Part shown: positions 9,430-20,130 of the stretch, one piece after another
Layout of the letters: the number at the start of each line of letters is the position of its first letter
Numbering within the stretch: the stretch's first letter is position 1
The notes under the pieces: generated by a model
Seen by the model: the letters and a program-made list of their open reading frames with translations, nothing else
What the model was told of the DNA's origin: nothing
The model's database searches: none
Assembly: GCA_050294405.1 (NCBI GenBank)
Contig: JBNKOC010000012.1
Coordinates: 448,001-512,000, forward strand
Origin: Fibrobacteria bacterium
GTDB lineage: Bacteria; Fibrobacterota; Fibrobacteria; UBA11236; JADFYW01
Reading direction: 5' to 3'
Length of the DNA: 64,000 nucleotides
Made by a program: the position numbers and the translations under genes

Positions 9430-10461
9430 TTAAGTCTGTTCCAGGTCCTGGTAATCGCCGTAGTTTTCGATGGGCTCGCCAGTTTTAGATTTTTTGTCGA
9501 TACTGGCTATGTGAAATATGGCATCCCCCTGGTTTACAAGAGGCATGGTGGCCCTTCCTATAATTACGCCCGCGGTACTGGCCCTCACCTGATGGTTGTA
9601 ATCTCCTAACGGGGAAGATATGGTGCCAAGCAATTCACCCTCTTCAATTTGACGGCCCAGTTTTCCCTGAATGCTGAGTAAACCACTGTGAGGAGCCCGA
9701 ATCCAGCCGCTGGAAAATGTTAGTATGGGAGGTTTTGCGGGTTGTTCTTTTTTTGTTTTAGGGCTGTTTTTTTTAACCATCATTCCCAGTTTTTCCATGG
9801 TGGAAAATATTCCCCGCACTCCGGTTCGTATGTATTCTTCATCAAAACGAAGGGCTTCTCCCGCCTCGTAAACAATAACCGGAATGTTATGCTCACTGGC
9901 TGCCTCTCTCATGCTTCCATCTCTGATTTTGGCATCCACAACCACAGGTACTCCAAAATGCAGGGCCATTTTTTTTGCCTGGGCATCTTTTAAGTTGGCT
10001 CGTATTTGAGGCAAATTGGAGCGATGTAAACCTCCTGTGTGCAAATCAATTCCATATTGGCATTTTTTTATTATTTCTTCCAATAACAAATGGGCCATTT
10101 GCGAAGCCAGACTTCCAGTGGGGGAGCCGGGAAAACAGCGGTTTAAATCCCGGCGGTCCGGTAAATATCGCGAATGGGTGTTAAAGCCAAATACATTCAC
10201 TACGGGAATGGCTATTAAGCATCCTCTAATTTGCCTGGGGTTTAAGGAATGGATAATGCGCCTTATGATTTCCACTCCGTTAATTTCATCTCCATGAACA
10301 GCTGCACAAACAAAAATATTTGGCCCCTCTTCCTCACCGGATATCACGTGAACAGGGATCCTCATTTGAGTGGCATCGTACATTTGGGCCACCTTAATAT
10401 CCATAGATATCTGTTGACCTGGAAAAATCTCCACTCCATTAATTTTTAGTATGGGCTTCAT
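9430..10461 (-). CDS. Succinylglutamate desuccinylase/aspartoacylase (M14-like) family protein
   Basis: AAVHGDEING, DLNRCFPG, IDLHTG, YEAGEALRF. Confidence 0.9.
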   Translation of the reverse strand: MKPILKINGVEIFPGQQISMDIKVAQMYDATQMRIPVHVISGEEEGPNIFVCAAVHGDEINGVEIIRRIIHSLNPRQIRGCLIAIPVVNVFGFNTHSRYLPDRRDLNRCFPGSPTGSLASQMAHLLLEEIIKKCQYGIDLHTGGLHRSNLPQIRANLKDAQAKKMALHFGVPVVVDAKIRDGSMREAASEHNIPVIVYEAGEALRFDEEYIRTGVRGIFSTMEKLGMMVKKNSPKTKKEQPAKPPILTFSSGWIRAPHSGLLSIQGKLGRQIEEGELLGTISSPLGDYNHQVRASTAGVIIGRATMPLVNQGDAIFHIASIDKKSKTGEPIENYGDYQDLEQT

Positions 10462-10535
10462 AAAACCTCAGCTGTTATTCAAAATTTAAAATTATAGAGG
10501 GCCCTTTTCCCAGCAGATAGATAAAAATTAAGAGC

Positions 10536-10570
10536 AAAAAAAAAAAAACCGCTTCTAAAAGAAGCGGTTT
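10536..10570 (-). terminator. Rho-independent terminator
   Basis: AAACCGCTTC-taaaa-GAAGCGGTTT hairpin with a long U-tract on the minus strand. Confidence 0.85.
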
Positions 10571-10595
10571 AATATAGCGGTACAAAAAAATCGGA

Positions 10596-12746
10596 TTAGC
10601 TGTCTTCCAGAACAGGCATGAGGGCGCCACCGCTCTCGATGTTTCTTATCATCCAGTCTGCATCATCTGCCAAATCGCATTTTGGATATTTTTCCAAGAG
10701 CTCTTTAAAGGCCGCGATGGCGGGGCCGTCTTTTTTCAGATTCTCGGCAAAAATAAATCCAATCATAAATTGGGCTTTATAGTTATTAGGGCTATCGGGA
10801 TACAAGTACAACAAACGGCGATACTCAGAAAGGGCGTCGTTGTATTTTTCCAGTTCCACATTAACCTGTGCCATTCCCATGCAAATGGAGTCTTGCAAAG
10901 TTTTGTTATCGGGGAAAGCCTCTCGGATTTTCCGATATTGTTTTAAAGCATCATTAAGCTTTCTATCCGTATGTAACTGCTGAGCTGTTTTAAACTCGGC
11001 TTGAGGGTCTGTTAGAGGAGGAATAATAAACATGCTGTCTACAATTTCCACGGAATACTTCTTTTTCAAATTTTCCACGTAATTTTCGAAGGGACGATTT
11101 TGGAACTTGCGCCTTAGATTTTGGAAAATTTTGTATTTAGCCTCATCGAAACTCAATTGGGTGCTGTCTTTCATATACTTTTCAGGATGTATGTTGTATT
11201 CCAGTTTGATTTCCTCTGGGTCAATGGAACGGAAAATAGCGATGGATTTATCCATTTGCGGCATGTATGAGGCATTGGGACTTTCGGGCATAAAATATTC
11301 CCGGTTTTCTTCGAAAGTCTTCGCCAAAGTTGCAGAATCCAGTCCAAAGGATTCTTGTAATACGGAATCCTGGTATACTTTTGACCAGTAGTTATTCATT
11401 TCCATTTCGATAGTGGCATCTAATGTATTGTCGGATAACAGGCCCGCTTCTTTGGCTTCTAAATCAGAAAGCTCCCACAGAATTAAAAAGTCCACCAACT
11501 GCTCCCGTGTATAACGTTGTTGGTAATGAGGAGGGATTTCTTCACGCAATGTGAGAACATCCTGTTCAATAATTTTTCCGTTGGGTTTGTATGTTGCTAA
11601 CACAGCGTCGGGGGCCACATCTTCGCCTTTCTGGCTGAAGAAGTTTTCTTTAACCAGGCTGGCCACGCGTTCGTAAGGCTTTTGCGTTTTGTCCACTTTC
11701 TTCACAACTGCAAAGCTATGCCACATTTTCGATTGTGGGTTGTTTAAGGCTGGAGCCAGCTTTAGGGTTTCGGAAGTTTGCATTAGTGAATCCAGCATGG
11801 GGAAAAGCCTGGGGAACATGCCAATGCCATAGGGAAGGCAATGGGCATTTTTTATAAGACCCACGTACCCGCCATTAGGCTTGGTCCATTCGTTAATGGA
11901 ATATTTTCCGGCAGCCACTTTAAAATCATCCAGAGTTTTAACCCCTTCAAGGGCTTTCATAGCCTTTTCTTCTGTTTCGGTTTCGATATGATAGACTTCA
12001 TAAAGTTCTGCATTCATGTATCTGTCTTTATGTTCTTCGTAAAATGCTTTTAATTCCTCTTCTTTTGCATTGGAATTGGGTTTGTGCATTTCCACAGCGT
12101 ATTTTTCGTTTAAGCGTTCCCGTAAGCCCTGCACCAAATCTCTGCGATACATGCGCACATACATTTTTTCCACCTGATCTCTGTTTTCTTCCAGAGTAGT
12201 GTAGGTAGTGTCTTCCCCTTTGATTTTGGCGAATTGAACTTTATTCTCTTCGTAATAATCTTCCAGATTCACATCTTTAAGCAAATAAGCTTCCACAACC
12301 TGGTTTTCGGCCTTTTCAAAGGGTATCACCTTGTTGGAATCATCTTTAAACATATCCTGATTGTCCTGGTAAAATTTTTCCAGGGTGCTGAGTTTAACTC
12401 CGCCTCTGTTTTCCAGGTGGATTTCCTGGTATTTTTGGCTGATAATTCTTTTGCGAAGGGACTCGGCGCGTGTCGCTAGCTTTTCGATTTTAGTTAAGCC
12501 AGCATCCTGAGCTGCCAAAGTCAATACCTTGGATTCAATTAATGTATTTAGGAAGTCGATGTTTTTTTCTTTATCCGCTTCCTTAAAATCAGTATTACGG
12601 TGCCGGGCTTTAAGGGCAGCCAGCAGATAATTTTCGGTAATTTTATCTTTTCCAACTTTGGCAATGACTTTTGAGTTGTCCGTGGATTTACCGCAACCCA
12701 TTAGCATTGCGCCGGAAAGGGTGAAAATCCCAAGCAGTTTAAACAT
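10596..12746 (-). CDS. Lipoprotein with PpiC-type PPIase/chaperone domains and C-terminal TPR repeats
   Basis: Lipobox AMLMGC; VIAKVG..IT; HIET...KYSINEWTKPNGGYVG; TPR-like ALSEYRRLLYLYPDS, ELLEKYPKCDLADDA. Confidence 0.75.
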   Translation of the reverse strand: MFKLLGIFTLSGAMLMGCGKSTDNSKVIAKVGKDKITENYLLAALKARHRNTDFKEADKEKNIDFLNTLIESKVLTLAAQDAGLTKIEKLATRAESLRKRIISQKYQEIHLENRGGVKLSTLEKFYQDNQDMFKDDSNKVIPFEKAENQVVEAYLLKDVNLEDYYEENKVQFAKIKGEDTTYTTLEENRDQVEKMYVRMYRRDLVQGLRERLNEKYAVEMHKPNSNAKEEELKAFYEEHKDRYMNAELYEVYHIETETEEKAMKALEGVKTLDDFKVAAGKYSINEWTKPNGGYVGLIKNAHCLPYGIGMFPRLFPMLDSLMQTSETLKLAPALNNPQSKMWHSFAVVKKVDKTQKPYERVASLVKENFFSQKGEDVAPDAVLATYKPNGKIIEQDVLTLREEIPPHYQQRYTREQLVDFLILWELSDLEAKEAGLLSDNTLDATIEMEMNNYWSKVYQDSVLQESFGLDSATLAKTFEENREYFMPESPNASYMPQMDKSIAIFRSIDPEEIKLEYNIHPEKYMKDSTQLSFDEAKYKIFQNLRRKFQNRPFENYVENLKKKYSVEIVDSMFIIPPLTDPQAEFKTAQQLHTDRKLNDALKQYRKIREAFPDNKTLQDSICMGMAQVNVELEKYNDALSEYRRLLYLYPDSPNNYKAQFMIGFIFAENLKKDGPAIAAFKELLEKYPKCDLADDADWMIRNIESGGALMPVLEDS

Positions 12747-12842
12747 GCAAAATTCTCCTAATTATTTCGTAAAAATAAGGTTTTAAAATAGCAATATTTC
12801 AAAATATTGCCCCCTTAGAAGCAGGTTGTAAGATATTAAAAA

Positions 12843-13199
12843 TTAGCTTAAAGAGCCAACTGCCTTATCAATATCGTCGTAAATCTCGAGGAGGGAGGTG
12901 GCCCCGATAATCTCGATGATTTCGTATACGTTTTCATTGATATTTGCAATTTTAAAACAGCCGTTTTTTTCTTTAGCGGCACGGCTTATATGGAGCAGGA
13001 TACCCAAACCAGTACTGTTAACATAACGCAATAGCTTGAAATCGGCAATTATTCTGGTAAAACCCTGCTCAAACAATTCAGTAACTTGCTTAAGAGCCAA
13101 TTCCACATTGGTGGCATCCAAATCTCCGATAAAGCGGATAATCTTAGCATCCTGGATGTTGTCCACATCGGAAATTTGAAGATCTATTGGGGTATCCAT
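12843..13199 (-). CDS. STAS-domain anti-sigma factor antagonist
   Basis: GDLDATN...LRYVNSTGLGILL. Confidence 0.9.
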   Translation of the reverse strand: MDTPIDLQISDVDNIQDAKIIRFIGDLDATNVELALKQVTELFEQGFTRIIADFKLLRYVNSTGLGILLHISRAAKEKNGCFKIANINENVYEIIEIIGATSLLEIYDDIDKAVGSLS

Positions 13200-13348
13200 G
13201 TTTAATCAACCTCGTGTGCCATTAAAATAGTATCAATTTTCGAAACTCAAAATAACAATTTAACAGGAACTTGTAGTTTTTAAAATGCCGAGAAGCAAAA
13301 CTTTCACATTTTTTTCTTCTGTTTGGGTTTTTTTCTGCATTTGTGCTG

Positions 13349-13936
13349 TTAATCTATAAATTTAAACCCTGCCATGCTTTGGCGAATCCGGTTGGCTGTC
13401 TTTTCTGCAATTTTTTCTAAAAGCTCTTCGATTAACTTGTTTTTTTCCAAGGCATTTAAAAATCGCTGGGGATCTTTTGTTTGCGCCCGACTAAATGCTT
13501 TTTTGTATTCGGATTGGGCTTCCAGATTTCCTGCAAAGATAAACTCGCCGCTTTGGGTATTTAAAATGGAAAGTTCCACTTTAGCTTCGAGAATTATTTT
13601 TCGGCCCATGAGAGGCCACCAGGTATTTTCCGCAGACCAGAAAAATTTGTGCAAAAAGACTTCTGTTACTACCAGTGTGCCCAAGGCATCCCGGATTTTT
13701 TCCTGTTCCGTTTCATTGGGCAATTGAGTGGTGAGTATTTTTTTAATTTGCAAATCCTGAATTTCCCTAGGGGATAATTGGTCTAAGTTTTTCAAATCTT
13801 CCAACTTTTCGCGGATGAGCTTATCGAGTTTTTCATTGAGATCGGGCTGGTAATTGGTTTTGACTTTTAAAAAAGCAAAGGAAACCGGGGCTGAAAAACC
13901 CCAACTCAGCAAAAAAAGAAAAAAGCAAATGCGCAT
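13349..13936 (-). CDS. Exported hypothetical protein
   Basis: 195 aa ORF with a signal-like N-terminus, translationally coupled to the upstream gene. Confidence 0.6.
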   Translation of the reverse strand: MRICFFLFLLSWGFSAPVSFAFLKVKTNYQPDLNEKLDKLIREKLEDLKNLDQLSPREIQDLQIKKILTTQLPNETEQEKIRDALGTLVVTEVFLHKFFWSAENTWWPLMGRKIILEAKVELSILNTQSGEFIFAGNLEAQSEYKKAFSRAQTKDPQRFLNALEKNKLIEELLEKIAEKTANRIRQSMAGFKFID

Positions 13937-14217
13937 TATTTTTTGGTCCCCAGTTTTTGATCCAACCTGTATACCATGGCAATGACTTCTGCCACAATTT
14001 CGTACAGCTCTTCTGGAATAGTGCCCCCAACTTGAACTTTTTTCAGCAATACGGCAAGTTTTGGGTCTTTATGGATGGGAATATCCAGTTCTTTTGCCTT
14101 TTTGAGAATAGAATCTGCGATAACTCCAGAACCAGAGGCAACCACGATGGGCTCTTTATCTTCTAAGTATTTGTATTTGAGGGCAACTGCTATTTTCTGT
14201 AAATTTCCTGTAATCAT
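13936..14217 (-). CDS. Stand-alone FlhB/EscU C-terminal-domain protein
   Basis: AVALKY...PIVVASGSGVIADSI...IPEELYEIVAEVIAMVY. Confidence 0.88.
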   Translation of the reverse strand: MITGNLQKIAVALKYKYLEDKEPIVVASGSGVIADSILKKAKELDIPIHKDPKLAVLLKKVQVGGTIPEELYEIVAEVIAMVYRLDQKLGTKK

Positions 14218-14361
14218 AGGCAGTTTGGGAAATATTCAATAATTTGCTTTAAAAAGGGTTTCCTTTTTAGCTGAGCTACTGTAAAAAATGGCCTGTAAAT
14301 TCTTTTTAATTATAAAATGTATAGCCCTTCTTGATTTTCCTTTTATTGGGCTTATAAATCC

Positions 14362-17300
14362 ATGAAAAAAGCGCTCAGAAAGCCATTATTTTACTTCCCC
14401 CTAGTTTTAATTTTTGTGGGTATCCCACTTGGAATTTATCTGGCCATTTCCCAATTGGAAGAAAAATTAAACCAGGGAATTCGCTTTCATGAGGCTTATC
14501 TGCAAACGGAAAATATGTCCATTTCTTTAAACTGGCCTCAAATTGAATTATCTGCCGGAAAAGTTCAACTTGAAGTTCCGGGTGTGGAAATTAAAATCCA
14601 TTCCTTTTTTTCCAAGCTCAGAGTCTTTAGCTCTTCCTTTTCCTCCAAGCCTTTTTTTGAGGGTGAAATGGATAGCCTTTATCTTGTACAGAAAGGAAAA
14701 AAATCCGATAGCTTTAATCTGGAAAAGTTGCGTTTTCCCGAATTCAAAGTGCCGCGTTCTATCCAACTGTCCTCAAAAAAAGCCAGTTTCCATTTTTCAA
14801 ATGAACTGGTACAAGCCCAAAACATCCGTTTTAAAAGCAAAAACAACAACGCCTTTAGTTTGGAATCGGATAGCTTGGAAAATAAAAACATACCCGGAAA
14901 AGCCCGCTTAGAACTGGATTACAATGGCAATCGCGCCACCCATAACAACCTTAGCCTCCAACTTAAATCCGATTCGGAAAAAGCAAATATGCAAATAACG
15001 TTTTCCAAAGTGAAAGGCGAATTAAAAAAAATAAGTGGCGACGTCTTTGCCGGGGATTTAGAAAAGTGGGTTCCCTATAGAGGCAAAATTAACATACCGT
15101 TTCCTGAAAAGATACATATTAATTACGAATTAAATTTTGGAACTGATTTTTTATTCTCCTGCAAGATACAGGGCTTTCTCGATGCAGATAGCATTCCTTT
15201 TTTAAAGGACTTTAGCTTGAAAAACCATGAGTTTCAGGTTGGATTAAATTATAACCAGGCAACTACGGATGTGTCTCTTCTCTCACAAAATAACCAGGGG
15301 CAAAAAATAAACCTCCAGCTCTCGGGACCAAGCTTAACACCGGGGGAAATAAAAAATAAGGACTTTTCAAGGGTTCGCTTTGATGTTATTGGACAGGGAA
15401 AAAATTTGGATTGGCCTTTGGCGAGCCAGATTTTGCCTTTGGATTTTAACATTCGAAACGCACAGCTCTTCGAAAAAGGCCTGCGGGCAGAAGTGGAATC
15501 CAAAGACGGTTCCCAAATCAAAGGCAATTTGACCTGGTCACCCAAATTGAGGGCGGAATTTAAGGGCAATGTTTCGGCTACCGAAAGCTGGATGACGGCC
15601 TGGACCAAAGACCATGTTCATTTTAAAAAAGGAAAAGTGAACGCCGTTTTTGAAAATAAATTGTTAAAAATTTATACCTCCATTAATAAGGCCACTGCTT
15701 ATGGAGCTGAGGGAGACAGTGTTTTTGCCATTGTGGGAATTAGAAAAGATGGGCTTACTATTGATTCTGGGTTGGTGGAGTACAATGAGGTGCCCTGGAA
15801 TGTAGAAGGTGAAATAAACTGGTTGGCACCAAATCGGGATTTAAAATTTACGGCTTCTAACCCCAATTATGGCCGTGCCATTTATGTTATGCCGGATTTT
15901 AAATCCATGTCCGCTTCTGTTTCCCGTCTTCATGGTGATAAAACTCCGTACCGCAAAATTGAAACACTTTATAAATACAAGCCTGTGGTAACGGGCATAT
16001 ATCAATGGGACCTGGCGGAAAAAACAGGAAAGACCGACCTTGTGGCACAAATCACATTGGAAGATAAATCTTTGGAACTGAATTTGGCAGCTCAGTGGGA
16101 TAGCAGTTATTTAAATATGGATAACATGGCAGTAAAACTGAGAGGCCAAGAGCTCGTTGGCAGTGGGCGATTTAAATTGTTCGGGCAACATTATTACAAT
16201 CTATACCCTTTTGAGGAGGAAAAACTGGAAACCGTTCAATTGAATTTTAAAAACCTCGATGTAGCTCCCTGGATTCTGGAGCAAAGCAAAGCTGAGTTGG
16301 AGCGTTTGGTTTTAAATGGGCAATTAACATATAACCCGCTGGAAAAACTTCATGGTGAAGTCCATTCCAGGGAAATCGCAATTCCAAAAATGGACAGCAT
16401 TTTTCTTTTAACCGGGGTAAGCGCGGTTTTCAAGGGCAACAATTTAAAAGTAAAGGCCTATACGCAATCTGAGAAAATGAATATGTTAAACGACACTGTT
16501 AGCATTGATGTGGCCAATATTTTTTCCAAAAACACTTTAGTGGAAATGGAAATCGTTTCCCAGGATAGTTTGTTTGCCAACATGAGCGGCCACATGATTC
16601 GGGCAGAAGCTATTAAAGGGGAATTAAAAATATGGGGGAATACCGCTTTGCCATTTGGGCACGGGCATTTGAGCGCTATTAATTCTACAGGTACATTTTA
16701 TGTTCCTCTTAATAAAGAAAAGAGCGGTGATTTGTTGTTTGAAGGGCAGGTGGAAAAGGTGAAATTTAAAAGGCCTGAATTTGAACCCTTGTCTTTAAAT
16801 GCCTTTTGGAGATTTGCAAATAACAAACTATTGATTGAAAAAGCGGATATATACAACCCCGCTGGCGAGGCTATTGCAGCCACGGGGCAAATTAGTTGGC
16901 CTTTGCGTCTTAACATGAGCGCAGTAGCTCCCAAGTTTACCCTTCCCTTTGAAGATAACGGAAGTTTGTTACTGGAAAATTCGCAGGCCAGTTTAACTAT
17001 GGATTCGGCCGGTATGTTAGTGAATTGTGAATGGGAGAACGGCTTTTTCCAAAGGAAGAATGAAGTGATGGAGCTGCGGTTTAATACCCGGGGGAAAATT
17101 GATTATGAACTTCCCCGCGCCCAAAAGCAACGTATTCAAACCCGGAAAATCACAGGACAAATAGAAATCGAAGACAGTTACTTTATGCACAATACATTTG
17201 GAATGGCAAACTTCAGAAATTTTTTCAGGCCAGCCCGAAAAGGCCATTCCCGTAATTTAAAAAAGAGCCTGCCTTATGACATTCGGGTATTAGTGGAACT

Positions 17301-18192
17301 CAAAGGAGGGAATAATATTATCAATACATCTTTATTGAGAACCAAACTAGAAGGCGAAGTTCAGGTTTTGGGGGGAACCCCTCAAATAACCGCGCGGGGA
17401 GAATTGACATCTTTAACGGGCCAGTTCGGGTTTAGCTCCCAGTTTTATAAAATCAACGACTTGTCTTTGCGATGGAACGATGACCCTTTAAAAGAGGGCT
17501 GGGTGGAATTGGCTGCCCAGAAAGTTTTGGCAAAAGATTGCCGAAACCCCGAATCGGATAGTTGCATTGTGGATATCAGATTGGCGGGGCCTTTTTCCAA
17601 GCCTGAATTTTCTTTTGATGGAACATGCGGCCAGGATTTAGGGCAGAATACAGACCCCATGGTGTTTTTAAATTCCATAGGCCGGGGATGTTTTGATCCC
17701 TTAAACTCCGGAGAGGCGGCAGCTTTTGTGTGGATGGAAGGCCAAATGAATAAATACGCCACCAGCGGAATTCGAAAGCTGAGTGGAAACACCATAAAAA
17801 ATTTAAGGGTAAGTGGAACACGAAATATTTTGAGAAATAAAAGCTATGAAGAAACATCAAACAATTCCGAGTTTCAGGATTACTCCTTTGAAGATGAATC
17901 CATTTCTCTGGAAATAGAAACGGCTGAAAAAAAAGGTTTTCGCTTAAGAGCCCGCTCCGGATACATACCCTACTCTACCACCTCAAACTGGGAGCACGAA
18001 GGTGCGGTGGAGTGGAGAATACCCAAGGAAGATAGTGTTTCCAGGGAAAAAAACTGGAAAGACAAACTGAGCCTGGAGTCCAAGTTAAAATCCACCCCTC
18101 TTTTGGAAACTGAATACGAAACCCAGGAAGAAGATGAGCTAAGGTTTCAATTTGGTGTGCGCTATAAATATGATTTTTGGGATCTCTGGTGA
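14362..18192 (+). CDS. TamB-like translocation/assembly module protein
   Basis: N-terminal TM anchor, long beta-rich body, 1276 aa, directly upstream of an Omp85 gene. Confidence 0.65.
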   Translation: MKKALRKPLFYFPLVLIFVGIPLGIYLAISQLEEKLNQGIRFHEAYLQTENMSISLNWPQIELSAGKVQLEVPGVEIKIHSFFSKLRVFSSSFSSKPFFEGEMDSLYLVQKGKKSDSFNLEKLRFPEFKVPRSIQLSSKKASFHFSNELVQAQNIRFKSKNNNAFSLESDSLENKNIPGKARLELDYNGNRATHNNLSLQLKSDSEKANMQITFSKVKGELKKISGDVFAGDLEKWVPYRGKINIPFPEKIHINYELNFGTDFLFSCKIQGFLDADSIPFLKDFSLKNHEFQVGLNYNQATTDVSLLSQNNQGQKINLQLSGPSLTPGEIKNKDFSRVRFDVIGQGKNLDWPLASQILPLDFNIRNAQLFEKGLRAEVESKDGSQIKGNLTWSPKLRAEFKGNVSATESWMTAWTKDHVHFKKGKVNAVFENKLLKIYTSINKATAYGAEGDSVFAIVGIRKDGLTIDSGLVEYNEVPWNVEGEINWLAPNRDLKFTASNPNYGRAIYVMPDFKSMSASVSRLHGDKTPYRKIETLYKYKPVVTGIYQWDLAEKTGKTDLVAQITLEDKSLELNLAAQWDSSYLNMDNMAVKLRGQELVGSGRFKLFGQHYYNLYPFEEEKLETVQLNFKNLDVAPWILEQSKAELERLVLNGQLTYNPLEKLHGEVHSREIAIPKMDSIFLLTGVSAVFKGNNLKVKAYTQSEKMNMLNDTVSIDVANIFSKNTLVEMEIVSQDSLFANMSGHMIRAEAIKGELKIWGNTALPFGHGHLSAINSTGTFYVPLNKEKSGDLLFEGQVEKVKFKRPEFEPLSLNAFWRFANNKLLIEKADIYNPAGEAIAATGQISWPLRLNMSAVAPKFTLPFEDNGSLLLENSQASLTMDSAGMLVNCEWENGFFQRKNEVMELRFNTRGKIDYELPRAQKQRIQTRKITGQIEIEDSYFMHNTFGMANFRNFFRPARKGHSRNLKKSLPYDIRVLVELKGGNNIINTSLLRTKLEGEVQVLGGTPQITARGELTSLTGQFGFSSQFYKINDLSLRWNDDPLKEGWVELAAQKVLAKDCRNPESDSCIVDIRLAGPFSKPEFSFDGTCGQDLGQNTDPMVFLNSIGRGCFDPLNSGEAAAFVWMEGQMNKYATSGIRKLSGNTIKNLRVSGTRNILRNKSYEETSNNSEFQDYSFEDESISLEIETAEKKGFRLRARSGYIPYSTTSNWEHEGAVEWRIPKEDSVSREKNWKDKLSLESKLKSTPLLETEYETQEEDELRFQFGVRYKYDFWDLW

Positions 18193-20078
18193 AAATAACT
18201 GTTAGCTTTTTTGTTTCTTTGATGTTGCTGACAGTTTTTTGTCTGGCAGACACGCCTAGCCTGCAAATGGAAGGAAATTACCATTTAAAATCCGGTAAAA
18301 TAAAAAATCTGGCAGTGCTTCCAGAAGATATGGCCGACTCTTCCAGGGAATATATATACCAGTGGTTGGTGGAGTTCCAGGAAATATTGCTGCTGGAATA
18401 TGAACGATTGGGCTTTTTCGGGGCTTATGTGGATGTAAAGCTCACAAAAGACAGCACCGGGGAAAATCTCCAGGGCCAGCTTCATATTATAATTGATGAA
18501 GGGGAGCGTTATAACTTTGGGAAAGTTGAATTAAAAACCCTGGATAATTCCATTCCCCTTGTACAAAAATCCGAATTAAAAATTCAGCCGGGTGAGCCTT
18601 ATAACGGCAATTTCCCCCAAACTGATTTGCGGTATATTAGGCGAAAATACGGGGAGCAGGGTTATGTGAAACGAATAATCAGGCAAACCTTTAACATAAA
18701 TGACAGCCTAAAAAATGTGGATGTTATATATCAAATCGATCCAGGCTATGTGATGGTATTTGATACTCTGATTATCCACAATAAAAGAGAGGGCAAACAG
18801 TCTGAAAAACCAGGTCTTACCAACATACAAATGATTCAAAACCTGCTTAGCATTGAAAAAGGTGAAAAAGTAATGCTAAGTAAGTTGGGCCTGTTTAAAT
18901 CCCGCTTAAAAAGCACCCAGAATTTTAATTACATCCGCTTGAGAGATAGTAGTTTAGTTCAGGGAAAGCCTGGAAGCGCTTTGATTCTGGATTTGGAAGA
19001 ACGGGTGCCCGGAAGGTTAAACAGTTCCTTGTTTTGGGAATCCCAGGATGGGTTGGGAGTGGAAAGTATTTGGCAAAGGCGTAATTTGATGGGGAGGTTT
19101 TACGAGGGAAAAGCCTTATTAAGGTTGGCGCAGAGAAGGCAACGGGTATTGCTTGGTTTGGCCAACCCCCTTTTATTTGGATATAAACTCCGCCTTAGCA
19201 ATGAGTTGGATATGAACTGGAGACAAAATGCCGGATTAAATGATAATGAATCTATCTTTGAAGCGAATCTTTCCTCTTCTCTCATTAAGCCAATTTATCA
19301 AACCAAATTTATATCCCGTTTGGAATTTGAAAGCACTCCTGAAAACAGCCAATCCGCTGTTAGCCCGGATGTTATTAGACTAGGCAGGGAACAGGTTATA
19401 AAACTTAACTTTATCCAATCCTGGGATGTGCCTTTGGTAGACAATGATTTTAACCCTAAAAAAGGAATGCGATTTAAATTCATTTGGGGAAATGGCGGAA
19501 CGGTGGTTCAGGATGAGGTGTTTGCCATTTCCAGGCAACGGCACAACTGGTTGGAATTAAAAAACTCTTTTTATTACTCCTTGCCTAGCTACTTGATTTG
19601 GGCCTGGCGTTTTGATGTGGGCAGTTTTTTTAGCGAAGGGGGCGCCAACTCCCGACGGTTTTTTATGGGAGGCAGAAACAGCATTCGCAATCAGGATTTA
19701 TGGGATGTATGCCCTGAGATAAATGAAGTTATAACAGGTGATGATAACTTGGAACAAAACTGTAACTTGGACGTGGCTCCTTCTTATTTCTTAACTTCTT
19801 TTGAATTCAGGTTGGAATTATTCCAACTATTCTCTTTTGCCCAAAGCAGTAATTTGCGCTTTATGGAAAACCTCCAACTGGTTCCATTTTGGGACTACGG
19901 TCGAATTTGGAATATGGGGAACTCCTATAAATCGGGTGGAAGGGGAATGGATGTGGGCCTTGGCCTTAGAATTCCAGTGGTGATTTTTAATGTCCGACTG
20001 GACTACGCTGTAGGCTATAAGGCTGGGCTTCAATGGGACAAGTGGCGAATTCAGTTCGATTTGGCCCAGGCCTTTTAA
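18177..20078 (+). CDS. BamA/TamA (Omp85) family outer membrane protein with POTRA domains
   Basis: POTRA motifs (IDEGERYNFGKV, YGEQGY), RFFMGGRNSIR, GLGLR..VRLDYA, terminal Phe; the start may be GTG 18189. Confidence 0.85.
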   Translation: MGSLVKITVSFFVSLMLLTVFCLADTPSLQMEGNYHLKSGKIKNLAVLPEDMADSSREYIYQWLVEFQEILLLEYERLGFFGAYVDVKLTKDSTGENLQGQLHIIIDEGERYNFGKVELKTLDNSIPLVQKSELKIQPGEPYNGNFPQTDLRYIRRKYGEQGYVKRIIRQTFNINDSLKNVDVIYQIDPGYVMVFDTLIIHNKREGKQSEKPGLTNIQMIQNLLSIEKGEKVMLSKLGLFKSRLKSTQNFNYIRLRDSSLVQGKPGSALILDLEERVPGRLNSSLFWESQDGLGVESIWQRRNLMGRFYEGKALLRLAQRRQRVLLGLANPLLFGYKLRLSNELDMNWRQNAGLNDNESIFEANLSSSLIKPIYQTKFISRLEFESTPENSQSAVSPDVIRLGREQVIKLNFIQSWDVPLVDNDFNPKKGMRFKFIWGNGGTVVQDEVFAISRQRHNWLELKNSFYYSLPSYLIWAWRFDVGSFFSEGGANSRRFFMGGRNSIRNQDLWDVCPEINEVITGDDNLEQNCNLDVAPSYFLTSFEFRLELFQLFSFAQSSNLRFMENLQLVPFWDYGRIWNMGNSYKSGGRGMDVGLGLRIPVVIFNVRLDYAVGYKAGLQWDKWRIQFDLAQAF

Positions 20079-20130
20079 ATCTTTATCCATGAGTTGGAAA
20101 GGAGCGCCCGGTTATTGGTATAATTAAGAG

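Noticed and set aside
9170..9433. ORFs 9170..9433 (+) and 9209..9421 (-)
   Set aside because: They overlap tRNA-Gly and the inverted repeat, and are translation artefacts of structured RNA.
9198..10461. Integrative element at tRNA-Gly
   Set aside because: No integrase is present and I noticed no direct repeat of the tRNA 3' end; the only copy is inverted.
12791..12810. Palindrome GCAATATTT-ca-AAATATTGC
   Set aside because: Real but AT-rich and isolated; I cannot tell operator from terminator from chance.
13936..14217. Type III secretion or flagellar cluster
   Set aside because: Only a stand-alone FlhB C-terminal-domain gene is present, with no other apparatus genes in the window.
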